Positions 48,885-57,466 of a stretch of DNA of 64,000 nucleotides are shown here, in pieces (positions within the stretch are counted from its first letter, which is position 1; every line of letters starts with the position of its first letter). The position numbers and the translations under genes are program-made. The notes below the pieces were generated by a model. It ran no database searches and had not been told where the DNA came from. It saw nothing but the letters and a program-made list of their open reading frames with translations. Where the stretch lies: assembly GCA_017433415.1 (NCBI GenBank), contig JAFRHI010000019.1, forward strand, positions 4,327 to 68,326, written 5' to 3'. Source of the DNA: Bacilli bacterium. GTDB lineage: Bacteria > Bacillota_I > Bacilli_A > RF39 > UBA660.

Positions 48885-49487
48885 CTATATCATCTGTTCT
48901 GAATGTAGATTTACTTCTATATTTTCAATACTATTAGCATAAGTAATATCATTAGCATAATTAAGAGGAAATTCAATAACTAATGAATAAACATCAGTAG
49001 TTTGACTACTATAATCAAGTTCATACTCCCCATCTACATTATAAATCTTATACCAAGCACCATCTTCATCATTAGCTGTCCTAGCTCCTTGAATTAGATT
49101 AGTACAATTACTAATATCACTACAATTACGATAAAGTTCCACAGTAATAGGTAAATTAGTAGTAGTAATAACTTTTAAATTATAAAGAAGATCAACATCA
49201 CTAGTCTTACTCTCATTAAAATTAGCCACAGAAAATCTATAAGTATATTTACCATTCTTTGGAATAATACCCTCTGGATCTAAATTAAAACTCATATCTC
49301 CGGCTTCAAAAATATATAAAGCTTGATCAATATCAGAATAAATACTAGCTTGTACTTCATATCTAGCATAAGCAATTCTAAGTAAATAAACAGCTAAAAC
49401 AAGTATTAAAAATAATCCAGCACCAAAAATGAGAAACCTTTTTTTCTCATCAAAATAAGAAATATTTTTAATACTAATATTCTTCAT
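48885..49487 (-). CDS. TasA/camelysin-like secreted protein
   Basis: TM then AYARYEV. IIPKNGKYTYRFSVANFNESKTSDVDLLYNLKV. Confidence 0.55.
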   Translation of the reverse strand: MKNISIKNISYFDEKKRFLIFGAGLFLILVLAVYLLRIAYARYEVQASIYSDIDQALYIFEAGDMSFNLDPEGIIPKNGKYTYRFSVANFNESKTSDVDLLYNLKVITTTNLPITVELYRNCSDISNCTNLIQGARTANDEDGAWYKIYNVDGEYELDYSSQTTDVYSLVIEFPLNYANDITYANSIENIEVNLHSEQMI

Positions 49488-49491
49488 TAAA

Positions 49492-50100
49492 TCACTCCGT
49501 ATAAGGAACTAATGTTTCTCCTCTATATTGAACTGCATGAAAATGAATTTCAAATAAATCTTCAAAAGAAGGACTTTCATAATCATCAGTAATCACAATA
49601 TCATTTAAATAATCAAATATAAAATCAGCACTTATATTAACCTTTTCCCCATCTTCTATATCATCCATTGTAACAATACCACTATAAGTGTCTCTTGCCG
49701 TTCTAACAATACCACTATCAGCTGTAATATTATTAAAAGTTAAAACCTTATCATCATCAATTCTTTTATCAATAAATTGAAAACTATACATTACAGCTAC
49801 ATCAGACTGCGTAGGATCAAGTTCCAAATAAACAGTTCCATAACTACCAGGAGATATTTTACCATCTCTAGTATGCGTAGAAGTCCAAGTAACATTATTT
49901 ATTATAATTTGATCAGAAAGTGTCCCATCACCAGTAACACTAATCCCATTAATATACAACTTAAATTTAGCAGTTGGTACCTTAGAATTACCTTCTACCA
50001 AGGATTCATAAGCAGTATAAGTAGTACTAGCACCTAAATATAAAAAACAAACTATCAATAAAACAATAAAAACAATTGTAAATTTCTTATTATCTTTCAT
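49492..50100 (-). CDS. TasA/camelysin-like secreted protein
   Basis: The ATG at 50100 follows GGAGTAGG. TM then TTYTAYES. ISPGSYGTVYLELDPTQSDVAVMYSFQF. Confidence 0.55.
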   Translation of the reverse strand: MKDNKKFTIVFIVLLIVCFLYLGASTTYTAYESLVEGNSKVPTAKFKLYINGISVTGDGTLSDQIIINNVTWTSTHTRDGKISPGSYGTVYLELDPTQSDVAVMYSFQFIDKRIDDDKVLTFNNITADSGIVRTARDTYSGIVTMDDIEDGEKVNISADFIFDYLNDIVITDDYESPSFEDLFEIHFHAVQYRGETLVPYTE

Positions 50101-50166
50101 ACCTACTCCTACTCTAACATTATAACAAATAAACAAAAGAAAATAAACACTTCATATGTTTATATT

Positions 50167-51057
50167 TTATATTAAAAAATATTCTCTTGCCATGATCCTT
50201 GAATCAGAACAATATTTTATTACATACTTATTATCATATTTACAAATAATTATCCCTATAGTCTTATCGTGATTAATATTTCTTAAACTTTCATCTATAT
50301 AATTCATATATATTTGTATCTGACCTACATATTCTTTCTTAATCTCAGTCACTTTAAGTTCTATTACTACAAAACAATTAAACTTATAATTAAATAGTAA
50401 TAAGTCAATATAATTATACCTATCACCAATTTTAATTTTATATTCACTACCTATAAAACTAAATGAATCACCAAGTTCTCTCATAAATGATTCAATATCT
50501 TCTAATATTAATTGATGTAATACTTTCTCTGTTATTACCTCTATATTATTCTTATTTCTAATTAAAATAGGATTAGGTACCAAATCTTTTACTTCAATTT
50601 TTTCTTTAGATATTAATTTATCCTTAGTTTCATTAGGCAATCTTTCATACTCCCTATTTTTAATTATCTCTTCTAATTGTCTTTTAGAAAGATTTCTTTT
50701 TTCTATTTGCTTAATATAATAATAGATTGTTGCAGTATCTTTTAATGGAATAAGAATTAAATAATGTGACCATGTCAATTGTGTCACCAGTGGTGACACT
50801 TTTTCATCATTAAACAAATTATATAATTGCTTCATCCTAAACAAAGTTCTTTTATTATATTTTTTACCAACTTCAACAACCAACTTCTTAGAATATTCCC
50901 CTATTATATTATCTCCATATTTTCCACCAGCTTCATTAAGTAATTTACCTATTTCAAAGTATGTAATAACCCTATTTCTTTCTTTAGAATAGTCTTTTAC
51001 TTTTGAATATATCTCATTATCAATTAATTTTTCTTTTATCTCTTCATAGTAATTCAT
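50167..51057 (-). CDS. DUF1016 / YhcG-like PD-(D/E)xK nuclease family protein
   Basis: LTWSHYLILIPL ... YIDLLLFNYKFNCFVVIELKV (D..ExK core). The ATG at 51057 follows GAGGAGAG. Confidence 0.7.
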   Translation of the reverse strand: MNYYEEIKEKLIDNEIYSKVKDYSKERNRVITYFEIGKLLNEAGGKYGDNIIGEYSKKLVVEVGKKYNKRTLFRMKQLYNLFNDEKVSPLVTQLTWSHYLILIPLKDTATIYYYIKQIEKRNLSKRQLEEIIKNREYERLPNETKDKLISKEKIEVKDLVPNPILIRNKNNIEVITEKVLHQLILEDIESFMRELGDSFSFIGSEYKIKIGDRYNYIDLLLFNYKFNCFVVIELKVTEIKKEYVGQIQIYMNYIDESLRNINHDKTIGIIICKYDNKYVIKYCSDSRIMAREYFLI

Positions 51058-51091
51058 ATCTTCTCTCCTCAATTTATTATTCAAAAGAAAA

Positions 51092-51130
51092 AAATATTTA
51101 TCCAACAAAAAAGTAGGATTTCTCCTACTT
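51092..51130 (-). terminator. terminator hairpin, copy A of a near-identical ~38-nt repeat
   Basis: Minus strand: AAGTAGGAGAAATCCTACTT then TTTTGTTGGATAAATATT. Matches 57429..57466 apart from one mismatch/indel. Confidence 0.7.
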
Positions 51131-51311
51131 TTAAATTCTAAAGCTATTATTCAAAACAATAATTTAGCCACTAAAAAATCATATCCTGTTTATTTCAATA
51201 TATACTTTCTTATGATAATTATCTCATCTGAACAATATTCAATTAAGATTATCTTTAGCTTGACAACTTTTATGCGTAGTAAGTTACTAACTTATCCTTA
51301 ATTTATTCTTG

Positions 51312-51875
51312 CTACCTACTTTTTAATTTTTTCTTTAAATCATTTATCGCTAATGATCTTGCGCTTATATTATTCTTTTCATCAGAAGAAAGTTCAGCCA
51401 ATGTTAATCCACTTGGCAATTCAAATATTTCATCAAATCCAAACCCATTACTTCCCCTACATTCTTTAGAAATAAAACCATTTAATATTCCTTGACCAAC
51501 TACTTCTTGCTCTCCATCATAGTAAACTAAACAACATATCACCTGAGCACTTCTGTCTTCATGTTTATTTACTTCATTGATTAAATACTCATTTCTCATT
51601 CTATCTGTAGCATCATCACCTAAAAATCTGTGTGTCATAACACCAGGAAATCCATTTAAAGAATTAATACACAAACCAGAATCATCAGCAATAATCTCCT
51701 CATGAGAAACCTCATATATTTCTTTAGCTTTCTTCATTGCATTTCCTAAAAATGAATCTCTATCTTCTTCAACATCTACATTTATATTTTTATCTTTTAA
51801 AGAATATATTTCATAATCTGTTAATATTTTTCTAATTTCTTCCAATTTACCTTTATTATTAGTTGCTAAAATCAT
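51312..51875 (-). CDS. rdgB: non-canonical purine NTP pyrophosphatase (RdgB/HAM1)
   Basis: ATNNKGKLEE, DDSGL, GFGFDEIF motifs. Confidence 0.85.
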   Translation of the reverse strand: MILATNNKGKLEEIRKILTDYEIYSLKDKNINVDVEEDRDSFLGNAMKKAKEIYEVSHEEIIADDSGLCINSLNGFPGVMTHRFLGDDATDRMRNEYLINEVNKHEDRSAQVICCLVYYDGEQEVVGQGILNGFISKECRGSNGFGFDEIFELPSGLTLAELSSDEKNNISARSLAINDLKKKLKSR

Positions 51876-51911
51876 AATTACGCACCTCTTATTAATATTA
51901 TTTTTAGTTTT

Positions 51912-53132
51912 TTACATTAAAATTCTTTTTAATTTTTTACCTTTAGGAGAATCCAATATTTTAACTATTAAATTTTCATCTTGAATAAACGGTTCACTTA
52001 ATATTTCAATATCTTGAAATCTACTCTCCACAATCCTAAAAAAATCAATTAATCTTTCAGTTTTATTTTTGCTTATTATATCTTGTTTATCAACTACTTT
52101 ATCATATACTTCTTTTGTTTGTTCATAACCTGAATCATCAGATGTAAGTCTACCTTCACTAATTGCTTTTTCAAGTATAGCCATTTTTTGTTTATATACA
52201 TTACTCCTACTTATATGATAATCATAATCAAATAATTGTAATAATGGAACTTTAATATCATATATTCCATTTTCTCTTAATATTTTAATAAAAAATTCAA
52301 GAGCTAAAATATACTCATAATTGTATCTTATTTGTTTTTTTATATCTATCAAGGAATCAGCAATTTTTCTATCACTAGGCCAAATTGTGTATTTAGTTGC
52401 TTGAATTGCATAGATATAACAAATTTTCTTACCATCCTCGTTAATTATTTCAAAATAAATTTGTGGAAGAGGGAATCTTATTTTTATAAAAGAATCATTT
52501 TCAACATCGTCTTGAATAAAAATTGACACTTTTCTATTACTTTCACAAAAAGCACCTGCTGAGTCAAAACGATAACAAACATAGTAATTATTTAAATCAC
52601 ATAAATATGTTTCTTCATTATATTCTTTTTCAAAATATCTAGGTACATGAAAATATTTACTTTCGTTAAATGATATTTGACGCTCTAAAAATTTATAAAC
52701 ATTATCAAAATCTCCAGCTGACATTCTAATCCAAATACCATTTAAAATTGGAAAAATATAATTATCACCAAATTCTTCTTTTAATGAATCATTTAGCCCA
52801 TTTAATAAATCATTAAATCTAACAATATCATCTATATAAATATAATATGTATTATCATCTTTATTATATAAATATTCATCTCTATTTCTTTTTAAAACAG
52901 AAAGTACATATTCTACATCATCATTATATATGAAATAACCTTTTTTATTATTAATTTCTAGAATGTTATTTTTTACTTTTCTTTTAATTAAGTATTCAAT
53001 TAAATTAATATCCTCTAAGCTAAAAACAAATTTTAAATTTTTAGGGAATTCAAAATAATCGCGATTTTTAATAGCAACACTTATAAATATAAAATACAAT
53101 AATAAATCTACATTTTTATCCTTCATTTTCAT
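51912..53132 (-). CDS. hypothetical 406-aa protein
   Basis: ORF with GAGGGGTGG RBS. No recognisable motifs. Confidence 0.5.
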   Translation of the reverse strand: MKMKDKNVDLLLYFIFISVAIKNRDYFEFPKNLKFVFSLEDINLIEYLIKRKVKNNILEINNKKGYFIYNDDVEYVLSVLKRNRDEYLYNKDDNTYYIYIDDIVRFNDLLNGLNDSLKEEFGDNYIFPILNGIWIRMSAGDFDNVYKFLERQISFNESKYFHVPRYFEKEYNEETYLCDLNNYYVCYRFDSAGAFCESNRKVSIFIQDDVENDSFIKIRFPLPQIYFEIINEDGKKICYIYAIQATKYTIWPSDRKIADSLIDIKKQIRYNYEYILALEFFIKILRENGIYDIKVPLLQLFDYDYHISRSNVYKQKMAILEKAISEGRLTSDDSGYEQTKEVYDKVVDKQDIISKNKTERLIDFFRIVESRFQDIEILSEPFIQDENLIVKILDSPKGKKLKRILM

Positions 53133-53223
53133 AGCAACCCACCCCTCAAAGTTAGGCTATATTCTATCATATTTTTTAATAAATTACTAATAAATTTTCA
53201 ATTAATGATACTATCTGATATTT

Positions 53224-53937
53224 TTATATCCACAAATCTCCTTTTAAAGGTTTAAATTTATACCTTTGACTCGGCCTATAGCCATTTTTTTCACTATTAG
53301 AAGAGGCAACTTTCTCACAATATTTAATAATTTTTTTTCTAAAATTCGACTTATCCACACTGCAATCTTTTATTAATTCATATACAATTCTTACGTCTTC
53401 TAAAGTAAAACTAGCACCCATAAATTTAAATATAATATCGGTACTATCAATATTATTTCTAATACGCTTATAGCTTATTAATAAATTCATTAATGTTCTC
53501 TTAATTTGCTCATCTTTAATTTTTATATCATGTATATATTCAATGTTATTGTTATCTTCTAATTCAATAGTTTTATATTGATACTCTTTATTATCTAGAA
53601 TAATTAAGCTATTACTTTTAATTTCAAAATCTACAAGTTTATAATCTTTTTTTAGTCTACTAATATTATCAATATTTGTTACACCTAGATAAATAATATC
53701 TATATCACTTTTATAATCCATTGTGTAGACTTGTTCTAAGTGAAAAATATTACTACCTATAATACTAGAAATATTATTTCTAACTTGTTTTTTTATCTCA
53801 TTACCCTTAATACTAATTGTAGGCAGTTCATTATTGTTATTGACTAATACTTTTAATTTTTTTACATCATTTTTTCTAATATTATCATTCTTTTCACTGT
53901 CTAATACGAATAGACAACTTACTAGATTTATTTGCAT
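53224..53937 (-). CDS. NrtR-like regulator (degenerate Nudix-like N-domain plus winged-helix C-domain)
   Basis: C-terminal FTLEDVRIVYELIKDCSVDKSNFRKKI...GYRPSQRYKFKP matches the NrtR wHTH signature (..NFRRK...RPaxlYrF). No Nudix box in the N-terminal half. Confidence 0.55.
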   Translation of the reverse strand: MQINLVSCLFVLDSEKNDNIRKNDVKKLKVLVNNNNELPTISIKGNEIKKQVRNNISSIIGSNIFHLEQVYTMDYKSDIDIIYLGVTNIDNISRLKKDYKLVDFEIKSNSLIILDNKEYQYKTIELEDNNNIEYIHDIKIKDEQIKRTLMNLLISYKRIRNNIDSTDIIFKFMGASFTLEDVRIVYELIKDCSVDKSNFRKKIIKYCEKVASSNSEKNGYRPSQRYKFKPLKGDLWI

Positions 53938-54475
53938 ATTCAAGCAACTCCTTACTAATAGTATCTGAAACTTCTAAAAGAAAAGAAGCAAAATTATCAA
54001 AATTTAAATATTTAGTATTTCCTTCTTTTTTTTGCTTTAGACATTCTATATTGTATTTTAACTTTTCTTCCAAAATTTTGCAATCATACTGACTTAATAT
54101 ATTTTCTAATTTACCAATATTTAATTTAAATCTATTAACAAGTAAAAAATTTAAATAATCATAATCTTTGTAAATAGCACCATCTAAAAATATATTTATA
54201 TTTGGATATAAATATTCTAAATAGTCATTTAAATAATGCTTATCTAAAAGCAAGTGCGTAAAGTAACCAATATTTAAATCATTACTAAAATCAAGGTTTT
54301 GTAAAAAGTATTCTATATCAGGTACCATATAAACACCACTTTGCACTTTTTGGTGACTATCTTCCATATCTATAATATCAGGAAGTAGATTTCCCTTAAT
54401 AAATTCATCACTATTTAAATTTAACCTTTTAGCAACTTCCTTAGCAATTATCATATGTGCACTTATATTAGGCAT
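53894..54475 (-). CDS. putative metal-dependent hydrolase (zinc-dependent phospholipase C-like fold?)
   Basis: MPNISAHMIIAKEV...GNLLPDI...SH...FTHLLLDKH His/Asp pattern. Weak assignment. Confidence 0.3.
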   Translation of the reverse strand: MPNISAHMIIAKEVAKRLNLNSDEFIKGNLLPDIIDMEDSHQKVQSGVYMVPDIEYFLQNLDFSNDLNIGYFTHLLLDKHYLNDYLEYLYPNINIFLDGAIYKDYDYLNFLLVNRFKLNIGKLENILSQYDCKILEEKLKYNIECLKQKKEGNTKYLNFDNFASFLLEVSDTISKELLEYANKSSKLSIRIRQ

Positions 54476-54497
54476 ATTATCTACTTCCCTTCACAAA

Positions 54498-54908
54498 TTA
54501 TTTTATATTATCAATTATCTCCTTTACTTTCATTGTTTCTTCTTCTAATGATAAGCCAGTGCAATCTACCATAAACAACTTATCACCCAAAAAATTTTTT
54601 TGTTTCATATATAAATATGTTTCTAAATATAAAAGATTATATAGATAAGCATATTTATCATATTCATCAACTGTCTCGCGTAATTGTATTCTTCTTTCCA
54701 ATTCAGCTCTATCATTATTAATTAAAAATATTACATAGTTTTTATTTGTATCTAAGTACTTTTTAAGTTTATTTGCTCTATCTACTAGTGATACATTAAA
54801 GTCAAATAACTTACATATATTTTTATCACGATCAAGTAATTCATAATCACTTAAATTATTTATTACACTTGTTTTACCAACTGCATCTGTTCCTTCTAAT
54901 ATTATCAT
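54498..54908 (-). CDS. small P-loop nucleoside/nucleotide kinase-like protein (136 aa)
   Basis: MIILEGTDAVGKTS resembles the EGxDGxGKT(T/S) motif of dTMP / deoxynucleoside kinases. Confidence 0.5.
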   Translation of the reverse strand: MIILEGTDAVGKTSVINNLSDYELLDRDKNICKLFDFNVSLVDRANKLKKYLDTNKNYVIFLINNDRAELERRIQLRETVDEYDKYAYLYNLLYLETYLYMKQKNFLGDKLFMVDCTGLSLEEETMKVKEIIDNIK

Positions 54909-54921
54909 ATATTATCCTCTT

Positions 54922-56208
54922 TTAAAGTTTTATTAAATCTTTATCTTTCCTACCAATTCCTATAAAAGCAATTTTTTCTTTTGTTTCTTTTTCAATGTAA
55001 TTAATATATTCTTTTAATTCTTTTGGAATATTATTTTTATTAATATTATCAATATTCCCCCATCCTTTAAATTCAATATAATGAGGTTTTAATTTTTTTA
55101 ATTCTTCAACATCATCTGGCATAACATATATTTTTTCATTCATATCATTTAGATAATAATCACACACTTTTACAACTTCTAAATCTTGCATAATATCCAA
55201 TTTATTTAATATTAATTTAGCATTTTTATGTCCTATTAATGATTTTTTTAATGTTGGCAAATCAAACCATCCTAGTCTTCTTTTCATATTTTCAGCATCG
55301 TCTACTTCTGAATTATACTTATATAACTTATTTGCATCTTTTTCATCCATTTCAGTTAGAAATGGTCTTTTATTCAAGCAACAAAAATATCCAGTAATTA
55401 TAACATACATTTCATTTAAATAGTAAGGACTAATATTTGCACCATTTAATAAAGAATTTATACTAGTTGAAGCACTAGTTGTAAATGGATTAAGTCCATG
55501 TAAATTATCTAACATAATTCCGTTACAACCTTCTATAAGAACATTTGCACTAGACTCTATATTATATAAGAAATTACTATAATCTTTACAAAAACTACCT
55601 ATCATCTTTTCTATTTGAATAAAATCTTCAATAAGACTTTCAGCCTCAAGTTTAAAATAATCATCTTTTTTATCTTGATAAAATGATTTATCTAATTCAT
55701 AACAAGATTCTTTTATTTTTCCAACCAACATATCAAACGAAATATTATTATTTATAACATTTTTTATATCAATTAGTTTAACTGAATGTCTAGCATCTCT
55801 TGCGATTACTGCATTTCCTGTTCCTTGATTTGTACTACCATATTTTTTTGAATGATTTTGACTCTTATTTCTATCAATATAAGGATTTATAAGTAAACTT
55901 ATACTTGATGCTATTGTTATATTATTATATATTTTATATAAATCGTTCCTGCTTTCTAATTCCAATCTTAATGCATGTAAGTTTAACACTGCACCAGGAG
56001 CAACAACAAACTTAATATTTTCTTTACCAAATACTGATGGCAATTGTTTTGTTACAAAACTTTTTCCATCTTCTAATACTACAGTATGTGAAGCATTAGT
56101 AGATGCATTAACTCTAAAAATATAATCATAATTTTTACCTAAATTAGAAACAATTTTTCCTTTTCCTTCATCACCATATAATCCACCAACTATTACATCA
56201 ACTCTCAT
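54922..56208 (-). CDS. highly divergent adenylosuccinate synthetase (PurA)-family ligase
   Basis: GGLYGDEGKGKIV (cf. GTQWGDEGKGK), NASHTV (cf. NAGHT), GSTNQGTGNA (cf. GTTGRGIGPA), IEGCNGIMLDNLHG (cf. FEGAQGTLLDIDHG), KRRLGWFD (cf. RRRTGWLD). The TTGR and STRVG motifs are not conserved. Confidence 0.65.
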   Translation of the reverse strand: MRVDVIVGGLYGDEGKGKIVSNLGKNYDYIFRVNASTNASHTVVLEDGKSFVTKQLPSVFGKENIKFVVAPGAVLNLHALRLELESRNDLYKIYNNITIASSISLLINPYIDRNKSQNHSKKYGSTNQGTGNAVIARDARHSVKLIDIKNVINNNISFDMLVGKIKESCYELDKSFYQDKKDDYFKLEAESLIEDFIQIEKMIGSFCKDYSNFLYNIESSANVLIEGCNGIMLDNLHGLNPFTTSASTSINSLLNGANISPYYLNEMYVIITGYFCCLNKRPFLTEMDEKDANKLYKYNSEVDDAENMKRRLGWFDLPTLKKSLIGHKNAKLILNKLDIMQDLEVVKVCDYYLNDMNEKIYVMPDDVEELKKLKPHYIEFKGWGNIDNINKNNIPKELKEYINYIEKETKEKIAFIGIGRKDKDLIKL

Positions 56209-56719
56209 ATTTTTTCTCCTTTAATTCATTAATATAATCAATTATTTCTTCTTCATTATTTACAAATTTAATTTCTATATTTTTATTTAATTGTTTACAA
56301 GTTAGAATTGGAAACCAGTATTCTCCTTCAACTTCGTAACTTGTTACTTTTGGATCACAAAATATAACTATTTTCTTTTGCTTAAAAGCAGCATATATTA
56401 TTTCTGTTACTGAAGCTATTGCTGAATTTTTTGTTAAATTAGCAACAACTAGATCACACCTATCTATTTGTTTTAATTCTTCACTTACTACATTTTCACA
56501 AACCGTTTTATTAACATCTTGCTTTTCATAATAAAACCCTCCAACATACATAACATTTTTATTCTTTTCAATAATTACACCATCAGAAGCATAAACTGTA
56601 TCTTTAACACTTCCAACAATTTTACTTCGCATATCATCTTTCAACATTTCTAATACATTTTCTTCATTAATCATTTCATGCCTAACTTTGTATGTTCCTG
56701 AATAAAATAATTTAATCAT
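56198..56719 (-). CDS. nucleoside 2-deoxyribosyltransferase-like (NDT/SLOG fold) protein
   Basis: YVGGFYYE ... DLVVANLTKNSAIASVTEIIYAAFKQKKIVIF resembles the NDT GTxxE(I/L)GYA helix. Confidence 0.45.
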   Translation of the reverse strand: MIKLFYSGTYKVRHEMINEENVLEMLKDDMRSKIVGSVKDTVYASDGVIIEKNKNVMYVGGFYYEKQDVNKTVCENVVSEELKQIDRCDLVVANLTKNSAIASVTEIIYAAFKQKKIVIFCDPKVTSYEVEGEYWFPILTCKQLNKNIEIKFVNNEEEIIDYINELKEKKYES

Positions 56720-56720
56720 A

Positions 56721-57275
56721 TCATTTTTGTCCTTTCATAATTTTATTCCAGTTTATATAAGATACAACAGCCATAAATGTCCAAATAATATTTAATGCGA
56801 ATAAATATAATGCTTGATCAGGAAGAATAAAATATTCTACTGCATAAAAAATATTATTAATAAACCAAATTATCCAAGTATCAATTTTCTTTTTCATCAT
56901 ATAATAAGTAGCAATTAAACTAGATATTGTTGTAAATGAATCAAGTAATGGTAATGGATCATCTGTATTTTTAAGAACAATACTTAAAATAATTGTTCCT
57001 AAAGTAATTAACAAAATATAAATTATTTTTTCCTTTGTACTTGCTTTAGTTATTTTACTTGATTCTTTTCTATCATTCCAAAGTATAAATCCTACTATAC
57101 CCATAGCAAAATAAATACTATTATTAGCTATGTCACCATATAAATGATTTATAGCTGAAAATAATAACAAGAATAACATCTGCAAAATATAGAATATCCA
57201 ATTACTCCTTTTATTAAGCATTACTAATACTCCTTGTATTAAGCCAAATACTGTGGCTCCTATTTCAAAAATCAT
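56721..57275 (-). CDS. pnuC: PnuC-family nucleoside (nicotinamide riboside-type) transporter
   Basis: About 7 TM in 184 aa. WIIWFINNIFY motif. Promoter is TTGACA, 15-nt spacer, TGgTATAAT at about 57300-57330. Confidence 0.7.
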   Translation of the reverse strand: MIFEIGATVFGLIQGVLVMLNKRSNWIFYILQMLFLLLFSAINHLYGDIANNSIYFAMGIVGFILWNDRKESSKITKASTKEKIIYILLITLGTIILSIVLKNTDDPLPLLDSFTTISSLIATYYMMKKKIDTWIIWFINNIFYAVEYFILPDQALYLFALNIIWTFMAVVSYINWNKIMKGQK

Positions 57276-57428
57276 CTAAATCATCTCCTTACATATAGTA
57301 TATTATACCATAAGTAATTAACTGTCAATATATTTATGGTTATTTTTACTATAAGTTATAATTTTATATCAAATACATCGGATTTATCAGTAATCTGATA
57401 CATAATCATAATAATCTTTTAACAAAGA

Positions 57429-57466
57429 AATATTTATCCAAAAAAAAGTAGGATTTCTCCTACTTA
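57429..57466 (-). terminator. terminator hairpin, copy B of the ~38-nt repeat
   Basis: Minus strand: AAGTAGGAGAAATCCTACTT then TTTTTTTGGATAAATATT. Overlaps the stop codon of the 57464 gene. Confidence 0.7.

Noticed and set aside
50167-57466. Prophage or integrative element interpretation of the accessory region
   Set aside because: No integrase, recombinase, transposase, tRNA target or phage structural genes were seen. Only the terminator-like direct repeats are present, and those are reported as a low-confidence finding.
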